DNA of 64,000 nucleotides, taken from the IMG/VR virus record IMGVR_UViG_3300028197_000871, one strand, 5' to 3'. Under the pieces are notes generated by a model. The model searched no databases and was not told the origin of the DNA. It saw only the letters and a program-made list of their open reading frames with translations. Shown here one piece after another: positions 6,999 through 18,900 of this stretch. Position 1 is the stretch's first letter. Each line of letters begins with the position of its first letter. A program made the translations under genes and the position numbers. The DNA is from an uncultured virus (IMG/VR IMGVR_UViG_3300028197_000871) (lineage: Duplodnaviria; Heunggongvirae; Uroviricota; Caudoviricetes).

Positions 6999-9900
6999 AT
7001 GGCAGTAGATAGAGTAAAATTACAGCAAATTGTTGCTAGTCAACTTCCTAGGTATGTTAGCGAAGACTTTCCTCTTCTAACAGATTTTTTAGAGCAGTAC
7101 TATGTCTCTCTAGAATCACAAGGCGGTCCTTCAAACCTGATCAAAAATATTGATCAGTATGTGAAAGTTGATGAGTTAACTAATTTAGAGACTGAAACCA
7201 CTCTAACTGAGGATATTGATTACTATACTAGAAGTGTAAAAGTAGAAAGTACTTATGGTTTTGTTGATACTGATGGTATTATCAAAATTGATGATGAGAT
7301 TTTTCTCTATGAGACCAAAACACTTACCTCTTTTGAAAACGTAAAGAGAGGATTTAGTGGAATTACTTCATATATTACTCCTGACAACCCTGACAGACTT
7401 ACTTTTGAGACTACACAGAATCAATCTCACCAAACAGGGGCACATGTTCAGAACTTAAATGTTCTTTTTCTTCAACAATTCTTCAAAAAACTGAAAAAAC
7501 AGGTAGTTCCTGGGTTTTCTGACAGAAATTTCTATACAGGATTGGATGAAAAGAACTTTATTTTCAATTCAGACAGTTTTTATGCCTCAAAAGGCACTGA
7601 CCAGTCCTTTGAAATTCTCTTTAGGGCACTTTATGGCGAAGATGTAGAAGTAATTAAGCCATCTCAGTTCCTTTTGACGCCTTCTAATGCAAATTATAAG
7701 GTAACTAAGGACTTTGTTGTTGAGAAATTGCAAGGTGATCCCCTTCAGTTACAAAATTTGACACTTTTCCAGCAATTGACTGGTGCTAGAGGTTCTGTTA
7801 CTAATGTTCAACAGATCCCATATGACAATTTTCAGTATTATCAGATAAGTATTGACTCTGGTTTCAATAGAGATAGTGATGTAACAGGTTCAATCTATGG
7901 TAAATTTGAGCCAGACCCCCAAACTAAGATTCTAAACCAAGTTGGAGCAGGTCAAACCTACCTTGATGTTGATTCTACAGTAGGTTTTCCACAAAGTGGT
8001 ACTTTAGAAGTCGTTGATGTAGACTTAGAACTGCTTCGCTTGAAGTACGATGGAAAAACATCTACCCAATTCTTCAATGTAAGTGGTGTAGACAATGTGA
8101 TTCTTAAAACTACTGACATTTCCCTTGATTCTTATGCATTTGCCTATGTTGGTATCCAAACTACAAAACAAGTTAAGGTTAGATTCACTGGTTCATTGAG
8201 TGATTTTGAGCAAAATGACAAAACTCACTCATATAAGAAAGACGATACTATCCAATTAAGGTCTTTAGGTTATGAAGCACCTGGAAAGAAGAATAATAAC
8301 TACTCTCTCAACATAAAAACCAACTGGCAAGTTAAAAAGACCACTTTATTGGATGCTAGTGCTTTCCAGTATGGGTTTGAGTTCTATAATACACATTTTT
8401 TACAAGAAGGATATAAAGTAGTCCTTGAAAATATTGATAAAACCATGTCTTTGCCTGGTATTATCTCTAGAATCCAATCTTCTAATGAAATTGTTGTAAC
8501 TTTTCAGCAAAATTTCTTAACAACTGGTTCTTACACAATTGAAAACCAGACTTTAAAGGGAAATTCTATAAAATATCCATATTTGGAGAAATATACTGCA
8601 AATATTCAGAACACTTATGCAAAATATGATGGTTCTACTCTTATTGCTTCAAATAGCATCCCTAAGTACAACAATTTGGAGACCAATCCATATGACAGAA
8701 GGATTGTTTTCAGTGCAACCTTACAAAGTACTGATATTTTAACATTACCTACTAATCAAACCACTATTCCTGACCACGCTTTCTATACAGGTGATGCATT
8801 ATACTTAGAATCCAAAGGAGTTGGGTTTGAAGGTGTAGTATCAGGTGCATATTTCATCTATAGGGTAGATGAAAGTAGAATTAAACTTTCTAGGTCAAAA
8901 GCAGACCTTGCAAGAAAAATTTATATCACTTTTAATGGTTCTGTAACAAATGCAGTTGTAACACTGCTTGATTTTTACCAAAAAGAGATTGCACCACAAG
9001 GAATTTATAGAGAAATTCCAAATCCAATTAATGACAGTAAAAGATATATTACAAATGCTGGATTTAATGGAATTCTCAATAATGGTGTAGAAATTCTCAA
9101 CTATAAATCTCAAAATAGTGTATATTATGGAAATATTGAAGATTTCACCATTACTGCTGCTGGAAAAGGTTATGATGTCATCAATCCACCAGTTTTAATC
9201 ATCCAAGATGATGTTGGTATTGGTGCAACTGGTGTTGTTAATGTAAAAGGACAACTTGAGAGACTTGATATCCTAGATAAAGGTCTTGGATACTATGAAG
9301 CACCATTTATCAGGATTTCTGGTGGTAATGGCACAGGTGCTGCAGCAGAAGCAAGGATGACTTCTATTAAGCATGAGAATTCATTCCTTGCTGATGGAAC
9401 TTTAGAACAAACTAGACTTGATTTAAATCAAATTTCATTTTCTAGTGACCACAAGTTCCTAGATGGTGAAAGTGTCATTTATCAACCAAGAAGTACAAAA
9501 GGAATTACTGGTTTAACCACTGATTCTGAATATTTCTGCTCTATTCATAGTCAGACAGCAATTAAACTTCATAATACAAAGACTGATGCTTTGGTTGGTA
9601 TCAATACAGTTGATTTAATTGGATATGGTGTAGGAACACAATTTATTGTAGCATCAGAACCCAAAAGTGTTGTCTCATCTGTCATTATTACCAATCCTGG
9701 TAAAAATTATGAGAGCAAGAAAAGAACAATCCCACAGGCAGGCATTAACACTGCTCTAAACACTGTCAACATCAAAGGTCATGGTTATCAGTCCAAAGAG
9801 ATTGTTAGATACAACCCTGGCAATCCTTTAATTGTTGGTCTTTCCAAAAAGACTGATTATTATGTTGTAAAAGTCACTGATGATGCATTCTCTCTGACTG

Positions 9901-12900
9901 AAGTTGGTATTGATACTATAGCTACTGATTATTATTTTAATAATGGCATAATTATTAACTTTACCCAACAAGGTGAGGGTTCATTTAACTATCAACCAAT
10001 TACTGTTAGTGTTGAAGGTGCTGCTGCATCTTATGATAAGTCATTTGTTGAAGATTTCCAAGAATTGTTTGTTATTGAGTCCCCAATTGATAAAAACATC
10101 ATTACTCCTGTTCAGGTTCTTGCTTGGACAGATACAGAGGCAGAAATTCTAAATTCTCTGACAAATGATGAATTCTATGTTCAAGTCTCTGCAGATTCTC
10201 ACTGGTTAATTAGTGATGAACCATTTGTTGGCAATATTCTTCTTTATGATGCAGAATTGCAACCTATCTTTAGAGGTGGCATCCAATCTATTGACTTACT
10301 TAATGGTGGTGTAGGATATGGTTCATCTGAGATTATTGATTTCAGAAGACAACCAAGTCTTCAGTTCCAATCTGGTACAGGTGCTGTTTTACAACCAATT
10401 ATCTCCAATGGACAGATTTCAGAAGTTGTAGTTCTCTCTCCTGGTGTTGGTTATAACTCACCACCTGACCTTAATGTAATTAGCGCTAATGCCACTGGCA
10501 AATTTGCTGTTCTTACTCCTGTTTTGAATAATGGCAAAATTCAAAGCGTATTTGTTGTAAAAGGTGGATTGGGATATGAGTCAGGCAAGACATCTATTGA
10601 TATTATTCCATCAGGTAGAGGTACAAGAACAAATGCCAATATCAGAGGATGGAATATAAACCTCTTTGAAAGATACCTTGATAATATCCTTGAGGATGAT
10701 GGTATCTTAGCAGAAAATATTTCTAATAAGGAATTGCAGTATTCTCACCTTTATGCTTCTAGAGCATTGAGGGAGTCATCTACTGCTATTGATGGATTTG
10801 ATAAAGATAACAAACTTTATGGCACTTTTGATTTAAGAAAGAATATTGCTGAGGAAGAGATTGAGAATATCTACCACTCACCTATTCTTGGTTGGGCATA
10901 TGATGGCAATCCAATTTATGGACCATATGGTTTTAAAAATCAAGATGGAACTGGGTTTGTTAAGAGAATGGTGTCTAGTTACAAACTTAAAACCACTCCT
11001 GTTAACAGACCATCATTCAATACCTATCCTAATGGATTCTTTGTTGATGACTATATCTATGCTGCAGATGGTGACCTTGATGAGCACAATGGCAGATTCT
11101 GTGTCACACCCGATTTCCCAAATGGAATATACGCATACTTCTGCACAATTAGTGAAGCTATTGATTCATCTGGACCTTTCCAGAAGTTTAGAAGACCTGT
11201 ATTCCCATATGTAATTGGAAATACTTTTAGGTCTGTTCCTTCTGAATTTAACTACAAAGGAATATCCAATCAAACAGATTATAATATTGAAAGTAATGGT
11301 TGGTTTAGAAATACTACAAATTATTATACTAATGCAGGTAGTAGTGGTTATGACTATATCTACAATTCTAATAATGTCAGAAAGCAATCTATTGATATTA
11401 CAGCAACATCCAGAGGAACTGTTAATAGTTTAACAATTATTGATGGTGGTGATAACTACCAGGTTAATGATACTATCATTCTTAATGAAACAGACACTCA
11501 GGGTAGAAACTGTAAGTGGAGGGTAAATGAAATTGAAGGTAAGAGAGTTAATACTGTAAGTCTAGCAACAACTGCTTTCAACAATGTAACATTTGTTCCA
11601 AATGGCAATAAGTCAGGATTTGTAGCATTTACTGAGGTTCCACATAAATTTGATACTAATGATATCATCAGTGTTGATAATTTAAGTGAGGACTTCAAAG
11701 GTTTCTCTGGTTCTTACAATATTGGTGTTACTACATCAAAATATCAATTGGTTATTGGTATCGCATCTGCCTCACAAACAGGTGTTGTAACCTTTATGAA
11801 TATTAAAGGTATAGAAGGTTCTCTGCTTAAAGATAATGACATCCTTACAATTGAATCAGAAAGAATCAGAGTTCTTGAACTTGATAAACTCAACAGCAGA
11901 ATTAAAATTCTAAGAGAGCAAGATAATACAATTGGTGCTTCACACTCTGCTGGATTGTTGTTTAGAGAAGAGACAAATAAGTTTGTCTTTAATACTGGCA
12001 TCACTACATCCAAGAAATTTAGATTTAATCAACAGTATTACTTTGACCCTCATGAGCAGGTAGGAGTAGGTTCACTTGCACAAGCAGGAGCAGGTGTCAC
12101 TCTGGGTATCAAGAACCCTGGTGCTGGAACTACACTCAGATTTGTCAGAGAGCAGATGATTTATCTGCCTGGTCATGGAATGGCACCTAATACACCAGTT
12201 GTTTATTCTAGTGGTGGTAACGTAAATCCAATGAGAGGTTGGAGTGGTATTGAGACATCATCAATATTTACTTTGGCAGATGGTCTCAACTTCTTTGCAA
12301 CACCTCTTGATAATGACCATATTGGAATTTCAACCAATAGAATTGGTCTTAACTCAGAAGGTCTCTTTATAGGTGCTGGAACAACATTAACTGATACAGG
12401 ATTGCAAGCAGGTATTATTTTCTTTACTAGTGTAGGAGCTGGTGATACTCATAGTTTCACTACAAATAGACTTAATGTTTTAAAAGGAAGAGTTTCTAAA
12501 AATGTTGTAACTGTATCAGTTGCTGATACTCATGGATTGTCTACAAATGATTTTATCAACTTTGACCTTAATCCTAAGGACACTCAGACAATCAGTGTTG
12601 TATATAATGAGCATAACAGAAGGATGGTTTTTGATCCTGATGTTATTGAGGAAGCACAGGTAAATTCAGGCACTAGTTCATTCATTGTACCAAAAGACAA
12701 GTATTTACTTGGTGATAAGATCATCTACTCTGCATTAGTACCATCTGATGGATTAGTTTCAGAGGATATGTATTATGTCTATCCTATTGAAGATAATAGG
12801 ATTAAGTTGATTAAAGAAATATCTGAAATTAATAATGATTATCCTGCCTTTGTTAATATTGGCACTGCTAAGACTGCAACTTTCTCCAAAATCAATCCTA

Positions 12901-15900
12901 GATTGACTGTTCAGCAAAACAGAACTTATAAGTTTGATCTTTCTTCTCCCACTTTAGGGTTTACTAATGCTTTGACAAAGTTCTCTGCATTTAGTATGAA
13001 GATCACAACTGATGATGCTTATATTGATGAATTCCTTGTAGGCGAAGGTTCAAATGCATTTGAAGTTATAAGAGATGGTGAGGTTGGTGTATCTACAGAT
13101 GCATCACTGAGTTTGAGAATTAGTGCTAATGTGCCTAAGAATCTTTTCTATAAATTTGATATTGATAATATTGACATTTTACCATCTGTACAAAAACAAT
13201 TAATTGTTGATAAGACTGTGCCACAGTTTAGTCAAATTAATCAGGTCCCTAGTAAGTATGATGGATCACATCAGGTTGTAGGTGTAGCAACAGATGCTTT
13301 CCAGTTCAATGTTTTCAATGTTAAAGATCTAACAAATAATTATAATGAAGGCACTGCAAATATGAGTTATACTACTAACTCAAGATTTGCATATGGACCC
13401 ATTCACTCAGTTAAGGTAATTGATAAAGGTGTTGGTTATCAATCACTTCCTGGTTTTGAGGGTGTTACTAGCAAAACAGGTACAGGTGCTTTAATTGAAC
13501 CCAATAGCAATTCAATTGGTCAAATTTTAGATTTCAAAATCAATAATATTGGTTTTGGTTATCCCTCAGATAAAACTCTGAAAGCAGCAGGTAATACTCC
13601 TGAAATTCTTAAGATTGAACCCCTTGCTCAGTTTGATTACATTGGCATTACATCAGCAGGTGTAAATTACTTTGTAGCACCTGAATTGGTTGTAATTGAT
13701 GGTTTATCTAAGAAGCAAATTACTGATGTTCAACTTGATTTTGAACTTGGTGCTACAGAAGTAAAGATTCTTAAAAATACAATCTCACTTAATAATGTAA
13801 CACCTGATATCCTTCCAATCAATAATCCCAATGGTTTCTCCATTGGTTCAATGTCTTATTTTGAAAATAATAAGATTGTAAGACTGTATCTGAACAAATC
13901 ATTCAGTACTCCTGAAGAATTCCCATTTAAGGTTGGAGAAAAGATAATTGTTGAGAATATTGCCATTGGTTTCAACACAGATGGTAAAGGATACAATTCT
14001 GATAGTTATGAGTATGCACTCTTCCCACTTACTGGTCTTGATGCCAAACTAGGTGGTTCAAATGGGTATGTTGAGTACAGTCTTGCTGACTATTTGTCTG
14101 CAAATGAATATCCTGGAAACGTAACATCTATTGTTTCTGCTTATATTACTCCTAAGACATATTTCCCAATATTTGATATTGATTTAAAAGTATCTGACTT
14201 CTTTGATGGAGAAAGAGTAAGTAATGGGTTTGCAGATGGCACTGTTGAAAGATGGGATCCTATTAGTGAAACTCTATTTGTTTCATCCAACAAATCATTC
14301 CTTCCAGGCACTATTATTCAATCAGACAGTTCACAAATCAAGTCAATTATTAAGTCAAGGACTAATTTCAATACAACTATTAAAATTGGTGCTGGTGCAA
14401 CTGTTATTGATGGTTGGCAGACCAATTCAGGTGTTCTGAATGACAATCTACAAGTCCTTCCTAACAATGAGTATTATCAAAACTTCTCATATTCACTTAA
14501 GTCAAGAATTGACCTTGAAACTTGGGAAGATGCAGTAAGTGCTCTTAATCATACTGCAGGTTTCAAAAAATATGCAGATTTGATCATTGAGAATGAAGCA
14601 GTAAGTTCTTGTACACCTGTTGAGATTGATTTAGATACAACTGTTGATTTAATTGGTGAATTTAGTCTAAGTTGTTTCCCAGACTTTGATGGTGGAACTG
14701 AAAGAACTATTGATATACAAGGAAGTAAGATTATTTCTGATACCATAGTATTCTCCAATAAAATCCTTCTTGACTACTTTGAATCAAGAGGTAATAGAGT
14801 ACTTAACCTCTCCTTAGGAGGTGGTGGTGGTGCTGGTGGCAGTCCCTTTGATGATGAACCAAGAGAAGAACCTTTTGAATCTATTGCTAACTATGAGAAC
14901 AAATTTACTCATAATAAGATACTTACTTTGGTTCAAGATGCCCAATTAAGAGATAGAAAGCAGTCAAGTATGTTGACTGTTATGCAAGATGGCACCCAAG
15001 GATATATCAACCAGTATGGTATGTTGGATACTGTCACACCTCTTGGTCATTTTGATTATAGAAACATTCAGAATGGAACTTGGTCACTTGATTTCTATCC
15101 AGTAACACCTCTCTACAATAACTATGAAGTTACAATCTTCTCATTCAGTCAACTTGACAATGTTTTGAGTATTGGAGCAACTGATGTTGGTAGTGTTGTA
15201 AGGATATCTACTGGTCAGACCGAAGTTGCAGCATCAAGTACAACAGAAGTTATTTCTATTGGTACAACTTATAGATCTGCTAAGGTCATTGCTCAGTTAC
15301 ATGATTTCCAAAATGACAAGTATTATGGCAATGAAATTAATCTCCTTCATGATGGCACTAATGTTACATTAATGCAATATGGTGATATCACTTCATCCAC
15401 TGAATTGGCAGGTATTTCTGGTTTTGGTACATTCATTGGTAGAATTGATAGTGGCAATATTGTTCTTGACTTCAAGTCAACTGTTGGTACTGCATTATCA
15501 GTCAATGCCATGGTCATTGCAATTAGTGACCAGAATGCATCTGGAATTGGAACAATTGACTTAGAAGTTTCAAATGTATCTTCTTACTCCAAGTCAATTG
15601 CTGCTTCTGCAACACCAATTGCAAATATTGTTGGTTCTTACTATGAACCTGACAGTTCTGGATACTTTGTTGTTTCTGTCGAGGATATCACAAATAATGA
15701 GTATGAATGTTTTGAGGTAATGTCACTTGACAGTCTGTTTGAGGAAAACTTTGTTGAGTTTGCAAGAGTCAATACTGGCACATCTGGTCTTGGTACTGTT
15801 GGATTCACTTCAACTGGAAACAACATCAATCTGACTTATACTCCTGTTCCAAACATTAATGTTGAGGTAAGAGCATTTGCTGTTACTAATCAAAACTATT

Positions 15901-18900
15901 TGAATGTTTCAGGTATCACATCTGTCAACTTAGAGAACAATATCCTCTTCTCTAAGCAAGGCACTTATACTGGTCAAGAGTTTGATAAAGCAACAGCATT
16001 CCCACTGTTGTTTGATGGAAATCCAGTCTTTGGTGGTCCATTCTTGGGTAATAATCCTGGTGTTGTCAATACAGCAACCAATCAAATTGTTATACCTAAC
16101 CACAACTTTATAACTGGTGAGAAAGTTAAATATACTCCCTTCAATAAACTAAAAGTAGGAACTGAGAATGCAATTAGCATTGCCTCTACTGATGTTCCAG
16201 GTGTTGGTATTACTAACAAACTACCAGAAGATGTATATGCAATTAAGTATAGTGATGTGACTGTAGGATTTGCTAAGAGTGCTGCTGATGCTTTGGCAAC
16301 TGTTCCCATTCCTCTAAATCTAACATCAGTTGGTATTGGCAGTATTCACACTCTATTTGGTGCTAATGAAAATGCAAGATGCTTGATTGCAATTGACAAT
16401 ATGATTCAAGCACCTATTACTGAGGTGAAGATTGAAACACAATTGCTTTCTAATATCATTTTTGAACCCTCATTTAGGGTTGTTGGTATTCAGTCATTTA
16501 AATCAAATGACCTTATCCAAATTAACAATGAAATTATGCTTCTTCAAAACATTGGAGTTGGCAGAACAAATAATTTCAACGTTGTCAGAGCACAAATGGG
16601 TACTGAAGTTGAAACCCATGTAATTGGAGATGTTGTTAAATTGCTAGGTGGCAACTACAACATCACTGAGAATACTATCCACTTTGCAGAAGCTCCTTAT
16701 GGCAATACACCAATTGGAACCACTACTCAGGGTCCAGATGAGGTAGATTGGCAGGGTATCACCACTTCATCTACCTTCCAGGGCAGAACCTTCATGAGAA
16801 GTGGTGTTCTTAATGGTGTAGATCACACATATAAGAATAACTACACATTTGATAATATTCAGTCTGAATTCAATGGATTTGATAATGAGTTTTTACTGAC
16901 TATTAATGGTGGAGATAATATAGCAGGTTTTGCTACCAACCAGGCAATTGTCCTGAACTCAAATATTCTTCAGGAACCCACAGGTGCTCAAGAGTCAACA
17001 GGCGACTTTACTCTGAATGATAAAGTTGGTGTTACAACAATCACATATACAGGAACAAGTCAGTCATCTGAAAATGATCCTAACAGAGCAACTATCCCCA
17101 GAGGTGGTAACATCACTGCTGTTGGTTCAACACAAGGATCTGGATATCAACCATTAGTTGGTGCTGGTGCATCTGTATTTGTTAACTCGAGTGGTCAGAT
17201 TTCATCTATTGCAATTGGCAATAGTGGTTCTGGTTATAGATCAGGCATCCAAACTCATGTCTCAGTTGGTATTCTGACATCTTCTACTGACAATCAACCT
17301 GTTATTGGAATTGGTACTGCAAATATTGTAGGTGGCCATATTGATTCTATTGATCTTTACAATGTAGCATCAAACCTAGACCAATTCAACCCTCCTGTAG
17401 TTGTTATTGACAAACCACTTCCTTATAGCAATCTTTCACTAGTTTATAGTGGAGGTAATGCAATAGAAGGTATTGGTACTGGTGCAAGAGTTGATATCAC
17501 TGTTGGTCAAGGATCAAGTGTCATTGACTTCACATTAATCCAAGGTGGTTTTGCTTATGGATTCAATGAAATATTGACAGTATCTGTTGGTGGAACACTT
17601 GGTATTCCTCTTACAAGTGGATTTAGTGGCAATGAATTTCAACTCACTGTTGATGATCTCTATCGTGATACCTTCAATGGTTGGACACTTGGTGAACTAG
17701 ATGTATTTGACAAATTAGATCCATTATTTGATGGTGAGACAACTAAGTTCAATCTTTCAATTGCTAGTGCATCATATGGTATTGAAACTGCTGATGGATC
17801 AAATGTTGATTTGAATCAGGCATTGATTGTCACTATTAATGATGTTCTTCAAATTCCAGGCGAATCATACAATTTTGCAGGTGGTTCTATCATAGAATTC
17901 TCACAACCTCCTGCAAGGGGTGACAGTTCTAAGGTTATCTTCTACAAAGGAACACCAGAAGTTGATGTTGTATTTGTAGATATTCTTGAGACAGTTAAGG
18001 TTGGTGATACTCTCCAACTTATGAATGATCCAGGAAAGGGTCAAAATAATTCTTTATTGCAAGAAAAGAGAACTGTTGTTGGTATCACTACCCTTGATAC
18101 TGTCAAAACCTTCCCATATGCTGGTCCTGGTATTACTACTGACATTTCATTAGAGAGACCCATTGAATGGTGTAAGCAAAAGGATGATTTATTCATTGAT
18201 GGTAGAGTAGTTGCCAAAGATAGAGTTGAGTATGAACCGTTCATCTATCCTGCTGCATATATTATTAATGATATTGGTCCTGGTGATGGATTCTGTTATG
18301 TTGATACAGTAAGACCTCTGTTTGATTCAGCACCTGAGACTCAACTTATTGATTATCAATTTAAAGTCACATTTACTGATCAGACTGAAATTAAGACAGC
18401 AATTGCAACTGCATCTATTACTAATGGTTCTATTACTGGATTCAATCTTGTAGATGCAGGAAAGGGATATGCAACTCTCCCTACACCAGAAATTTCCATT
18501 GGTAATGCTGGATTTACTTCTACTGGTAGAGCAACAGCAACAGCATCTGCTATTGGAGATGTTGTTGGAAACTTGAATGTTATTAATCCAGGAGTAGGTT
18601 ACACTGTTCTTCCTCCTATTATTATTGAAACACCACCAGCAAGAACTGAAACAGTTGGAGTTGATTCATACTTTGGTGATTATGGACAAATTGTTGGTGT
18701 TGCCCAATCAAATGGTGGATTGACAACACTTGAATTCTACATTCCAGATGACTCATTTATGAGAGATCCTTACTATGTTGGAGTTGCTGTTACTTTATCA
18801 GAGATTGGTAAGAATGATTACTTTGTTGTCAATGAATCAAATGTTGGACTTTATAGCACTGTGTCTGATTTTGATGGCATTTATAGAGTTGAAAAAGTTT

